Shown here: one piece after another, positions 12,893-24,744 of the stretch
How positions within the stretch are numbered: the first letter of the stretch is position 1
Layout: every line of letters begins with the position of its first letter
Source of the DNA: Callorhinchus milii
Lineage: Eukaryota
Direction of reading: 5' to 3'
DNA: 64,000 nucleotides
Assembly: GCF_018977255.1 (NCBI RefSeq)
Contig: NW_024704743.1
Location: 10,480,001 to 10,544,000, forward strand
Program-made: the position numbers and the translations under genes
Notes under the pieces: generated by a model
What the model was told of the DNA's origin: nothing
The model's input: only the letters and a program-made list of their open reading frames with translations
Databases searched by the model: none

Positions 12893-13039
12893 CTGACTTA
12901 AGCAGTTTATGGGGGGTGTTGTATTGTCCAAAATGCCGCCCTTCAAATGAGACTTTAAACTGAACCCCATCTGCTTGTTCCTCTAGTGGATGTTAAAGGC
13001 CAGGTGCATAGTGTCCAGCATCACCTGGGTTGGACATAA

Positions 13040-13350
13040 TAATAATTTTCACTCACAAATATAGTCAATTCACTTTTCAGTATATTCTGTGAAGCGCTTT
13101 GAAACGTCTAGAAGACGTGAAACGCACTATATCAAATGCAAGGATTTTTATTGTTATTATAAGAATCCTTGCATTTGATATAGCACCTGATCACACCATA
13201 GAGATGTTTCAAAGAGCTTCACAGAAAATATTGTAAAGTGAATTGACTTTGCATTTTATGGATGAAATGCGTCAGCCCCACAAAAATAGTGGTGGATTGA
13301 GTGACCAACTTTTTTTTGGGAGGGAAAGCAATCACCAATCAACTAACAAC
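13040..13350. mobile_element. Two SINE 3' portions arranged tail-to-tail
   Basis: '...atcaaatgcaaggatt' (+) followed by 'aatccttgcatttgatatag...' (-). Confidence 0.8.
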
Positions 13351-14289
13351 AAAGATCCTATTGACATTGGTGGAAATGAAGAAAATCCATTTTCACGACC
13401 TCCCTACTAACGACCTTCCTACTGACGACCTTCCTATGAGCAGAATGTTGTGTGGTCAGAGAGGGTTGATGTGCTAACAGTTGCTTAGATCACTAAGGAA
13501 AGCCCCTGGACTTCCATAAAAATGCAATGAATTCACAAGATCACAAACTTTTCTGGGGATGAAGAAGTCTCTTCGTCTAACTTGATTTCATCCTTCTAGA
13601 ATATCCCACCTAACATTCCTCCCACTACAGCATCAACAACAAATTACATTTGTATAGTGCTTTACATGGAGGAGTATGTCCCAAGCTACTGAAACATCAA
13701 GCTGTTTTATTAATGAGTCCAGTGTCCTGACAACCGGTTCCAATGGAGCGTCCTAAAATATTGTTGCCTGAGAATGCTTGGTGGGTGCCGATAATTTATG
13801 TGAAGTTTGAATCTAGAGAGATATTTCGCAGATTAGGGAGGGAAAATGGAATTAAAAAACAGGTTTATTCCTGGTCCTACAGTTACTATTGAATTTACCT
13901 TGAGGAATACTAACAGCGAATATACTTATTTAAGGATCTACTATATGATCTTTTTTCTAATAATTTTCAAATAGTTTCAGCCTTTTTCTCAAGCACGTGT
14001 GACACTAGGCAAACATTAGGCATGGCAACAAAGATGAACATGACCTTTGAAATTGGCAAAACTGCTTCTCCATCTGCTCCAGTGAGATTTTCATCTTCCT
14101 GTGTGGCAAGATTTGCTTGAATAAAATTTGTAATGTGGTGCTCAAGATGTCAAATACTGCTCCCCACCCCTGAGGAGAATGTTCCTGACCACCGCCAAAG
14201 TAGATGTACAACAATAACTTGCATTTTAAATGCTTACTGTCTCAGAATATTTACGTAAATGATTTATCTGGAGTATGGTTTGCCAAGAT

Positions 14290-14650
14290 AATAATAATAA
14301 TCCTTGCATTTGATATAGAGCTTTTCACGTCGGGAGGACGTCCCAAAGCGCTTCACAGAACACACTGTAAAGTGAATTGACTGTATATTTGTGGGCGAAC
14401 GCGGCAGCCAAATGCGCACAACAATGTCCCACAAACAGTCGTAGATTGAAAATGACCAATTTATTATTGTTTTTGTTCTTTTGGAGGGATTATTATTAGG
14501 CGTGTGGAGTAAGGAAACTTGCCCAAGGTTTCGCCCTGCCTGGAATTGAACTCAGGTCTCTCGCTTGCAAAGCGAGTGCTCTAACCACTGAGCTACAGGA
14601 CTCCAGCCACTGAGCTACAGGACTCCAGCCACTGAGCTACAGGACTCCAA
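14290..14650 (-). mobile_element. Young tRNA-headed SINE with a triplicated 5' end
   Basis: Same family as 8357-8674; the 22-bp unit ccactgagctacaggactccag occurs three times at 14585-14650. Confidence 0.92.
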
Positions 14651-14889
14651 CGTAGGGCTGTTTCAACCAGGGGGAGGGTGTGTGTCTATTGAAGAGATGG
14701 GTGATTTTTAACGGGACATGCCAAGAGGTGAAATGTTATGTTTGACATTGTGGGAAAATCAAAACAACAATCAGATTTCTTTCAGCATTGCACAAAGCAT
14801 CTTAAAGTGCCAATGGTTTCAGCTGTACTGAAAGAAACAGCACAATGTGCCCTGGAAATAAGACTTTCCCAGTGTAGGATCATGATTGT

Positions 14890-15455
14890 TAATAATAAAA
14901 ATCCTTGCATTTGATACAGCACCTTTCATGTCGGGAAGATGTCACAAAGTACTTCACAGAATTAACAGTAAAGGGCAGTAATCATATTTTGTATGCAAAA
15001 GCAGCAACCTACCTGTACACAGCAATATCCCACAAAGAGTCATGAAGTGAATGACCAATTTTATTGCAATGTAATATTATTGCAATAAAATTCACATTTA
15101 TATGCAGCACCTTTCATGTTGGGGGGATATGTCGAAGCACTTCACAGGATATACTGTAAACTGTATTAACTGTGTGTTTTGCAGGTGAACACATTAGCCA
15201 ATCTGCTCACAGCAATGTTCCACAAACTGCTATGATGTCATTAACCAATTTTATTTGGAGGATTGTTGGACACAACACCGGCAGAAACTCACTTCTCTTA
15301 TCAAATAGAGCTAGGGGAACTTTACCATCCACCTGAACAGGCAGAAGGGGCTTGGATTAACATCTCATCCGAAAGAAGTCAACTCGAAAGTTCAAAATCC
15401 TGATAGGCTTGAACCCACAACCTTCTGACGAAGCAGTGGGAGTGCTACCAACTGT
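14890..15455 (-). mobile_element. Two decayed Deu-domain SINE copies in tandem
   Basis: Two tails of the type 'cagcacctttcatgt...gcacttcacag'; the second copy extends to a tRNA head 'ttgaacccacaaccttctgac...gtgctaccaactg'. Confidence 0.75.
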
Positions 15456-15559
15456 TATGTATTTAACTTGAGTATTTGTCGAGAATGTATAATGTATATC
15501 TCTTATGTTTCTGTGTGGATTTCCAGCTAGCACTTAATTTCTTCTGCCTGATCCTCCCT

Positions 15560-15995
15560 ACCATCAACAACAACATCAACAACTTGGATTTATATAGCAC
15601 CCTCCACGCCAGATGGCGTCTCACAGAAACTTCTGGCTTCACAGAAACGGATCCTGGAGTCGAGGGGGAGGGCGTTTGAATAGTCCGGCCGAGAGGTGAC
15701 AAAGGCATGGACCAGGGTTTCAGCGGCTTTTGGAAAATTTATCATCAGCCAATTTATCCCCGCTCTGTGGAACTTCATCCTGAACTCCCTCCGCCTTTCC
15801 CTCTTGCTCCACACCTATAGACCCCACCGTCTTAAGACCTTTCTTTTCAACCATGCTCTCTGTCACCTTTCGCTTGTTATCTCTACCCCATCCTTCCTCA
15901 ATTCCCCAACCCCTAGCTTCCCAGTCAGCTACGCAAAGCACTTTGCAATGTCCTCCTGACTTATAGGGCACTTTACAAATGTAAATTGTTGTTTC
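15560..15995. mobile_element. Two L2 fragments in opposite orientation
   Basis: Minus: tail plus [20 protein letters not shown]. Plus: LWNF...LKTFLFNHA plus tail. Confidence 0.75.
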
Positions 15996-16061
15996 TGTTA
16001 TCACCTCTGTACCAAGGTTAGAGCACACCACTTGTTTGGGTCTAATATACAATAATATCAT

Positions 16062-16410
16062 TATAATAATACTAATCCTTATATTTTATATAGTGCCTTA
16101 TCACATCTTCAAGACAACTCAAAGCGCTTCATAGAATACACTGTAAAGTGAATTCACTGTATATTTTGTAGGCGAAACATGGTAGACAATTGCGCACAGC
16201 AGACAATTGTTCCACAAACAGTGACCAATTTATTGATTTTTTTAAGGAATAATTACCCCCAGCAAAACGAGCCACCACTAAGTACTTACTGCTAGGTAAA
16301 CAGAGGGGTTTGAAGTAAGGAAAGTTGCCCAACTTTTTGCCCTGCCGAGAATCAAACCTAGGTCTCTCGCTAGCGAGGCAAGTGCTCTAACCACTGAGCT
16401 ACAGGACTCC
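16062..16410 (-). mobile_element. tRNA-headed SINE, long form
   Basis: Same head and tail as the young SINE, plus an internal segment 'ctctgtttacctagcagtaagtac' (minus strand). Confidence 0.85.
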
Positions 16411-17149
16411 ACAATAGCAATATTTGCAAAATGGCGGGATGTAATAATGTGTGGTTCCTCAGTTGGTCTGAGTGGAGCAAACAATTTCCAAAAGCTTCTG
16501 AAGTGCAAAGCATGATGTGTAAATACAAGTTGTTATTGTTGTCTGAAACAGACATGTCTGAGAGGATGGCTTTTTCCCCTCCAAGCTTTGATTTCTGAAC
16601 TTTTGTAACAGTTGAAAATGCAAATCAACACTTTGCCAATACGGCAAATTATTCTCATTTGATGCTGTCAGTTAGTAGGAGGATAGCAATGTCAAGGTTA
16701 AATCTATTGCTAATTGTATGGCTGTAACTGAGTGAAGCTGACTTCAAATGTAGTAAACACTTTAAGGAAAAATTTGACAGGTTTTAGTACCAAGTTCGTA
16801 AACAATCGTCGATTCTCTCTGCCTCTTTATCCCGTTCATCACACACTTTATGTTGAGAATAGAACTATTCCAATCTTACTAAAACAAATAGTCTTGTTGC
16901 ATTATTTTCCACAAGTACTGCACATTGTTCTTATAACAGTGCTGCACTTGCTGAAAAGTGTTATTTCTCAGCTGCTCGTTGTTTTGTATGTAAATTACTC
17001 TTGAATTTTGTCCTCTGTATTCATCCCAATACTCAGACTTTACTGGAGCTGGCAAAGGCTGAAGGCAAGATCACGCTTCGTTCAACACAAATTTATTTGA
17101 ATACCTAAACAGCGATTTATTACTTAAAATGTCTCAAAGTGCTTTATAA

Positions 17150-17512
17150 TATCCTCTCACTCGTCTCCAAATCCCTCCACACCCTAGCACCTCCCTACCT
17201 TTCTCACATGCTTTCTCCCCACTCAACTACCCACTGGTTCTGCTCGGCTGGCTCTGGCCCCCTGCTTGTCCCTTGTCACCTCCGCTCCACCATTGGCGGC
17301 TATGCTTTCAGCCACTAAACCACAAAACTTTGGAGCTCTCTCCCCCAATCCATCCTCCTTGCCCCTTCCTTCACTTCTTTTAGATTATGACGGAAGATCT
17401 TCCTCTTCAACCATGCTTAGGGTCACATCTTCCCTCCCCAGGCTCGGCATCACTGTTAAGTGCTCCAAGATGCACACCCCCGTGAAGGGCTTTATATTGT
17501 TGTTGTTTTTGT
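17150..17512 (+). mobile_element. L2 3' fragment
   Basis: 'ccaccattggcggctatgctttcagcc' and tail 'cgtgaagggctttatattgttgttg'. Confidence 0.75.
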
Positions 17513-18519
17513 ACAACTGATCCCTGTCAAGTGGAGTAATTTATTTTTGTAGGCAAGTGTGATAACCATTTGTGCTGGGCAGATCACTCAAAGAGCCATG
17601 AGGTGAAGGGCAGATTCACCTAAGGGATTGTTGGCCAGAACACCAGGAGAAACTACCTTGTGTTTTTCAAGCAGTTATCATGTTATTTGTAGAATTATAT
17701 AGACTGTGTAACATGGAAGCAGGCCATTTGGCCCAACCACTCTGAGCTGGTATTTATACTCCACCATGACTCTCCACTCCTCTCCCTCTCCCAAATCCCT
17801 CTGTTCGCTTCTCCCAATGCAATGGTTGCATCTGACTGAGACTAGTGATCCTTTTTTGTCAGCAACCATTTGGGTAAGTGGGATCTCTCAAAACATGACC
17901 GGATGAATGACCAGTTAATCTTGAGGATTAATACACATGACACCAGGCAGGAGAAACTCTCCTGTCTTTTTCAATAGCGTCATTACATCGTCAACATCCA
18001 CCAGGAGTAACAGGCAGACAGGACCTTGGTTTAATGGCACATGGGAAGGACGACACCTCCGACAATGCAGCACTACTTTTATCATGGCCGCCGGTTTCAC
18101 AATATACACAGTGAATCCACTTTACAGTGTATCCTGTGAAGCATTTTGAGATGTCTCAATGACGTGATAAGGCACTATGTCAAATGCAAGGATTATTATT
18201 ATCATGGAAAAACAGATGACTATTGAAAAATCAGGTACATAAATATTATAGCAGTACAGTTTCAGGTTAAAAATGCTTCACAGAACGTTTTATTGTGGGG
18301 AAAGCGTTCAAAAAGCATGAAGCTATAAAAGTACAACAGTGAGTGAACAGATGGCTTTCTGAATGTTCTACCGTGGAGCACAAGATGAATGGAGGTGTGA
18401 AAAGGTGACAACAAGAATAGCTGTTCATATTAGGTGGGAAAATATGCTTCTTGGTCCAAAGTGATGTAGACTCACTTGCTGAGGTAGAGGGAGGGAATGG
18501 CCATATTTTATAATATGAC

Positions 18520-19298
18520 TAATAATAAATTACTTTTGTATAGCACCTTTCACGTTGGGAGGACTTCCCAAGGCACTGGACAGTCAGAGATTTGGACCCG
18601 AGTGGGGGCGGGGGATTGGGGTAAGGGAGGTTGGAGGGCAGGGAGTGGAGAAGGGTGGTCAAAGGCGCAGTCAAAGAGGAGGGGCTTAAGACATACCTTC
18701 AATGAGGCAAGGGAGCGAGCGAGGCGAAGGGAATGTGGGATGGAGTTCCAAATGATGGGGGCTGAGAGGGTGAAGGTCCGACCACTGATGGTAGAGGAGG
18801 CTGTGCAGGGGACATAGAGCATGCTGAGTGGTTGGAGCACACAGGTTGATAAGGGCTTAGCAAGTCACTGAGGTAGGAAGGGTCAAGGCTGTGGGGTCAA
18901 CTTTCACATGTATGCAGATGACACCCAACTCTACCTCTCTGCCTCCACCCTTGACTCCAGGATCACTGCTGTGCTGACAGAATGTCTGTCAGACATCAAG
19001 TCCTGGATGAGAGCTAACTTTCTTCAGTTGAACGTCAACAAGACTGAGACTCTCCTGATTGACTCCCGTCAATGCCTCCACACCTCTGGCGCTGCAGCAT
19101 CACCATCCATGGTTGCACACTCCACTTTGCTAAGCCAGTCCAGAACCTTGGGGTCTTGTTTGATCGTTAACTATCCTTTCTACCCCATATCTGTACTATG
19201 ACCTGCTCTGCCTTCCCCCACCTCCGCAATATTGCCAGTCTCCGACACTGTCTCACACCACAGACGGCTGATACCCTCATACATGGCTTCATTACATT
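18520..19298. mobile_element. L2 3' end (minus) fused to an inverted L2 RT segment (plus)
   Basis: Minus 18520-about 18893 carries TISGRTFTLSAPIIWNSIP. Plus about 18893-19298 carries [14 protein letters not shown]...HGFIT. Confidence 0.85.
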
Positions 19299-19504
19299 TT
19301 TTTATAATTTTGTTGTTGTTGTTTTACCCACAATCTTTTGACTCGGAGGTGATAATGCTACCAACTGAGCCAGGCTGACATATTATAAATTAACCAATCT
19401 TGACAGGTGTCTCTTTCTTAACAATCTCACATTTTACATTAGGAAGGTCCCCAATCGGTAATTGTATGTCACAGTGTGATACTGAGACATACAGAGCAAA
19501 AAAA

Positions 19505-19835
19505 AGTTTACTTGATCTGATCCCCGGTCTGTCCTTAGTGTAGCTAATCTCAGTGGTCAAGGCACAACTCAGTGGTCAAGGCACAACTCAGTGCCCCATG
19601 TATTGGCAAAAGGATAAATGAGACAAGATTCCTAGGCCTGATCACTGTCTTCACTTCACTCCCATTTATAATGAGACATCCCTTTATAATGGATTTCCCA
19701 TTACAACAACATCAAAAATGTTTTTTTTAAGTGATTGGATGACATTCACTTCCAAGGTTCAGACATGAAAACTAGCTGCTTGGAAGAGGTGCTAGAGGGG
19801 CAGCCACTACCTGTGGAATCATACCTCAACAGTCA
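19505..19835 (+). mobile_element. LF-SINE-like relic containing a 19-bp tandem duplication
   Basis: 'tgatccccggtctgtccttagtgtagctaatctcag' ... 'cctgtggaatcatacc'; ctcagtggtcaaggcacaa occurs twice. Confidence 0.6.
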
Positions 19836-20164
19836 CTACATTTAATCCACCTGTTCATCCTATTCTGCCTTCACCTTTTAATCCCTCCACTGCCTCGCCC
19901 CACCTCATCTCTTTGATCGCTTCAAACCTCACTAACTCAGTCACCGGCCTGCTTCATGTCCCCTACACTATCAACCCCACCATTGGTGGGCTTTCAGCCT
20001 TTTTGCCCTTATTGTCTGGAACTCTATCCCGAAATCCCTCTGACTTGCTCCCTCCCTTGAATTCAAGATCCACCTCAAGATCTACCTCTGTGCTTTTGTT
20101 TATTTATCTCCTCCGCACCCCATTCAGCTCCCAGTCCCAGGATTGAGTGCCCATCTGAAATTGT

Positions 20165-20496
20165 TAATATTAATATTAATAATCCTTAAATATGATATAG
20201 AACTTGATCACATCGTTGAGACATCTCAACGCGCTTCACAAAATATACTGTAAAGTGATTTGACTGTATGTTTTGTGTGCACAAACAGTCCCACAAACAG
20301 CCATTGAGTGACCAAATAATTTTTTTTTGAACGGATCATTGCTGCCAATCTGACAACCAGGTTCCTACTTATTGCTTAGGTAAACAGAGGCATGTGGAGT
20401 AAGGAAATTTGACTAAGGTTTTGCCTCACCCAGGAATCAAACCTGGGTCTTCTTACTTGTGAGGCAAGTGCTCTAACCAATACATTACAGGACTCC
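20165..20496 (-). mobile_element. tRNA-headed SINE, long form
   Basis: Head '...acaggactcc', internal 'ttaggtaaacagaggcatgtggagtaagg', tail at about 20165-20200. Confidence 0.85.
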
Positions 20497-20792
20497 ATTG
20501 TTAAGAGCTTTGGGATGTTTTAAAGCGGGGATGTCTTAAAACGTTTCACAGCACTTTTTAATGTAAAATCTAGTGAGGTATTTTTTGACGACGGTTGCAG
20601 CCAATTTTCGCACAACTTTCTAACTTAGAGAGGCAAGAGTGCTCATAACTGAGCCAAGCTGACACCTGATTGACAAGGGAGAACACATGGGAAAACAAAG
20701 AAACTTATGATTAGACATACTTTTAATTACTCTTTGAGTGAATATTGAAGATTGGTTCTAATAATATTGCAAATATAGATAAACAGCTGCAC

Positions 20793-20850
20793 TCAGCTCT
20801 TGGACTTTGTGACAGGTGATTTTGTATAAACTGTCTGCTCCAGACTTGTC
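20793..20850 (-). CDS. Candidate terminal coding exon (hypothetical)
   Basis: Long pyrimidine tract 'ttctcttttttcattgtgttctgtgtttttacag'; phase-2 reading TSLEQTVYTKSPVTKSKS*; ATTAAA at 20727-20722 followed by U/GU-rich sequence. No homology recognised. Confidence 0.2.
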
Positions 20851-21639
20851 CTGTAAAAACACAGAACACAATGAAAAAAGAGAACTGAGAGGGACCAATA
20901 AGTATATTGAGGTATCTTTTTGTATTAATGATGGCCATGTGGTGTTTGAAAGGAATTGAGTTCCTTTTCTAATCAAACGGTTACCAATTTGGTTTGCGGA
21001 ACTGATCTACTTGTCGAAGCTCTATAGAGAGCTGTGTATAATATTTGATTGTATTAGTGGAACAAACTTGTTCCCACATGAAGGCCAACAATTAATAGAA
21101 AGTTCCTGACAATGTGCCAGTGGCTTTTCTGTGCTTTTCTTTTGAGGCTCAGATTGCCCAAAAGCTAACGAACATGAGCAATGGCAGTTTGCTTTGGTTG
21201 CTCTGCACATTAATTACATTGCACAGTGGATTGTTTGGATCGGTTATGTTTATAGGCCTTAGTGAGTTGACAGCATTGGGTGATCTATGACTCTAATCAT
21301 GTTCATTAGTGTGTTTCAATGGAATTGTGGTAGATTTTACAAGCTAGGTAATTTTGTATGCATTTCCTTATGGTGCTTTCCAGGCAATGAATGTTTTTGA
21401 CAACACAAATCACAGAATTATAGAATTATACAACACAGAAGGAGGCCATTTGGCCCATCATGTCTGTGCCGGCTCTTTACAAAGAGCTATCCAATACAGT
21501 CTCACTGCCCCGCTCTCTCCCCATACCCCTGCAAACTTGTCCTCCCCAAATGATTATCTAGTGTGTCAGATACCTGGCTGACCCAAAAAATATATATCTG
21601 TTTATGGTCTTGCTCATCTGATATATCTTGTGAAAGAAA

Positions 21640-22008
21640 GAACTCGCAATTTTATAGTACTTTGGAAGAATATTTTATATATACTTTATAGCACTGTTAA
21701 TTATGGTAATTACTTTTGTAGGCAAACACCATAACTACTTTACACACAATCAGTCATGGAGGATTGCTGGCCAGGACTTTCCTTTCTCTTTTGAAACAAT
21801 ATCTTGGAAACTTTAACACTCAGCTTAACAGGTAGATGAAGCTTCAGTTTAATATCTCATCCAGAAGACAGCACTTCTGACAGTACAGAACCCGAACAGT
21901 AGTACATTGGAGTCTCAGCTTAGACTGTGAGTTCAAGGCCTGACCTGGTGTTGAACCAACAACCTCTGATACGGAGGTGTGACTGCTTCCAGTTGATCCA
22001 AACTGACA
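21640..22008 (-). mobile_element. Decayed Deu-domain SINE
   Basis: 'tttaatatctcatccagaagacagcacttctgacagtacag...ttgaaccaacaacctctga' matches other copies in the window. Confidence 0.7.
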
Positions 22009-22246
22009 TGCATGCTGGGGGAGGAAAATCTTTGCAATCAACTGCAAATCTTTGGACCTAAATACAGGAACAAGGGAGACGGTGCTAAGTACACAGAGAT
22101 CTCCCATTGGGACACTTAGCTTGATTCTCATCCGTTTTAATTAAACATTGTACATTGGTGGAAGCGTTCCTGTTTTTCTGACTTTGTTTAAGGATATGTA
22201 TCTGATTCAGGCTCAGATATGGAAACTCCACGTTTTAGCCGCTCAC

Positions 22247-22307
22247 TCATACAGCATATCAAAAGGATCTGTGCTCTCGTCCAAAATATTAAACATGCTA
22301 CTGATCT
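22247..22307 (-). CDS. Candidate internal exon (hypothetical)
   Basis: Acceptor 'cacttttcattccctcag', donor GTGAGC; 61 nt, phase 1->2, reading (E)ISSMFNILDESTDPFDMLY(E). No homology recognised. Confidence 0.2.
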
Positions 22308-22424
22308 CTGAGGGAATGAAAAGTGACACTCAAGTGTAGCACAGACCTCTTTAGATGAGAACAATCAATATTGAAATAAAACTAAAAGCTGATCCTAGCA
22401 TCAAACTAATAATAATAATAATAC

Positions 22425-23428
22425 AAAACAAATTACATTTTTATAGCGCCTTTCACATTGGGAGTACGTCCCAAGATGCTGGACAGTCAGGGATTTGGAC
22501 TCGAGTTGGGGGGGAGGATGGAGAGGTGGGTGGCTGAAGGCTCAGTCGAGGAGGAGGGTTTTGAGATTGGCCTTGAAGGAGGCAAGGGAGGGAGCAAGGA
22601 GAAGGGAATGTGGGATGGAGTTCCATAGGGTGGGTGCAGAAAGGCTGAAGGCCCAGTCGCTCATGGTGGAGCGGGCTGGGCAGGGAATCGTGGAGCAGGC
22701 CAGAGCCTGCTGAGCCGAAGGAGCGGACAAGGTAGATATGGGGTCAGCAGGTCACAGAGATAGGCAGGAGCAAAGCCATGGTGGAACTTGAAGGCGAGGA
22801 CAAGGATTTTAAATTCGATCCTCTGGGGAATGGGGAGCTAATAGAGCTGGGAGAGGGTGGGGTTGGTGGTGTCACGGAGCTTAGTATGGGAGAGGGTATG
22901 AGCTGCAGAGTCCTGGATGATCTACAGCTTGTGCAGGGAAGTGATGGGAAGGCCGACAAGCAGGGAGTTGGCATAGTCAAGCATCGATGTGATGAATGCA
23001 TAGGTGAGAGTTTCAGTGGCCTGAGGGGTGAGGTAGTAGTGGAGCTGGGTGATGTTGCAGAGATGGGGGGAGGCAGAGCGGATCATGACATGGATGTGGC
23101 ATAGCAAGCACAGTTGAGGGTCAAACAAGATGCCAAGGTTCCGGACTAACTCAGTGAGGTGGAGAGTGCATGCTTGGATGGTGATGCTGTCAGTGCCTGA
23201 GGTTTGGAGCTGCTGAGGGAGCCAATCAGGAGAGGGTCGGTCTTGTTGACGTTCAACTGTAGAAAGGTAACTCTCATCCAGGACTTGATATCTGACAGAC
23301 ATTCTGTCAGGACAGCGGGGATTCTGGAGTCTGGCATGAAGGCAGAGAGATAGAGTTGGGTGTTCTCTGCACACATGTGAAAGTTGACCCCTTGTCTGCG
23401 GATGATGTCACTAAGAGGGAGCATATAG
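22425..23428 (-). mobile_element. L2, 5'-truncated, decayed
   Basis: MLPLSDIIRRQGVNFHMCAENTQLY (degenerate YADD), RNLGILFD, SAPTLWNSIP, tail at about 22425. Confidence 0.9.
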
Positions 23429-23432
23429 ATAC

Positions 23433-23817
23433 AATAATCCTCGCATTGGATATAGCACATTTCAAATGAGAAGGATGTCTCAAAGGATTCATTGCAATGT
23501 GTAGAAACCTTATATTTATAGGTGAATGCAGCAGCCAATTTGCACACAGCAATATTCCGCAAACAATATTCCCAAATTGGACATGGAGTGAATGCCTTCT
23601 TTTTTTGGGTAGTGCCAGGGGATCTTTAATGTCCACCTGAACTGTGAGACAGGACCTTTGTTTAACCCTCATCCAAAAGGCAGCACCTCCAACAATATAA
23701 CAACACACCCTCCACTGCATTGGAGTGCATTGTGTTCAAAGTCTTTACATGGGGCTTGAACCCACAATCATCTGATTATGAAGCGAGAGTGCTTCATAAA
23801 CTGTGCCAGGCTGACAG
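23433..23817 (-). mobile_element. Deu-domain SINE (SacSINE1-like), near full length
   Basis: Minus strand: head gtcagcctggcacagttt...gtgggttcaagcccc; body 'gctgtgtgcaaattggctgctgcattc'; tail 'gtgctatatccaatgcgaggattatt'. Confidence 0.8.
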
Positions 23818-23872
23818 CCTAAATCTTACGCTAAATATTCTTGGAATCATATACTTTCACAGGATTAAGAAA

Positions 23873-24744
23873 CAACAACAACAACAACAAGATTCCATTT
23901 ATAGAGCGCCTTTCACGTCAGGAGGACGTCCCAAGGCACTGCACAGTTGGGTCATGACCCGAGCAGGGGGGAAATGGTCAGGGTGAGGGGAGGGAAGGGA
24001 GGGAGAGAGGAGGGGGAAATGGTCAGGGTGAGGGGAGGGAAGGGAGGGAGCGAGGAGGAGGAAGAGAGTCGAAAGGGGAGCTGAAGGCACGGTCAAAGAG
24101 AAAGGTTTTGAGACCGGCCTTGAAGGAGGAAAGGGAGGAAGCAAGGCGAAGGCACTGGGGGATGGAGTTCCAGAGCCTGGGGGCTGAGAGGCTGAAGGCC
24201 CGACCACCGATGGTAGGGCGGTTGGGGCGGGGGACGTGGAGCAGACCGGAGCCAGAGGAACGGAGGGTACGGGCAGGTAGGTAGGGGGATAGTAGGTTGG
24301 AGAGGTAGGAGGGAGCAAGGCCGTGAATGGCCTTGTAGGTGAGGATGAGGATCTTGAAATCAATCCTCTGGGGGATGGGGAGCCAGTGGAGGCGAGCGAG
24401 GGTGGGAGTGATGTGATCGCGAAGCCTGGTGCGGGACAGTACACGAGCTGCAGAGTTCTGAATGACCTGCAGCTTGTGGAGGGAGGTGGCGGGAAGGCCG
24501 TCGAGGAGAGAGTTCCCATAGTCCAGCCTTGAGGTGACAAAGGCGTGAACCAGGGTTTCAGCGGCGTGAGGGGTGAGGTAGTGCCGTAATCTGGCGATAT
24601 TCCGGAGGTGATGGAAGGCGGTGCCAGTTGTGGTGCGGATGTGAGGGAGAAAGGACAGCTCAGGGTCGAACAAAACGCCGAGGTTCCTGACTGGCTTTGA
24701 GAGGTGGAGAGTGCAGCCTTGGATGCTGATGGTGTCAGCGCCTG
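23873..24744 (-). mobile_element. Young L2 copy A, 5'-truncated, with 6-bp TSD AAGAAA
   Basis: Open L2 ORF2 C-terminus (24023-24673), (TTG)n tail, AAGAAA at 23867-23872 and 24745-24750. It interrupts an old CR1 3' tail. Confidence 0.93.

Noticed and set aside
14585..14650. CRISPR-like repeat array
   Set aside because: The units are contiguous with no spacers and are the SINE 5' end; the DNA is eukaryotic.
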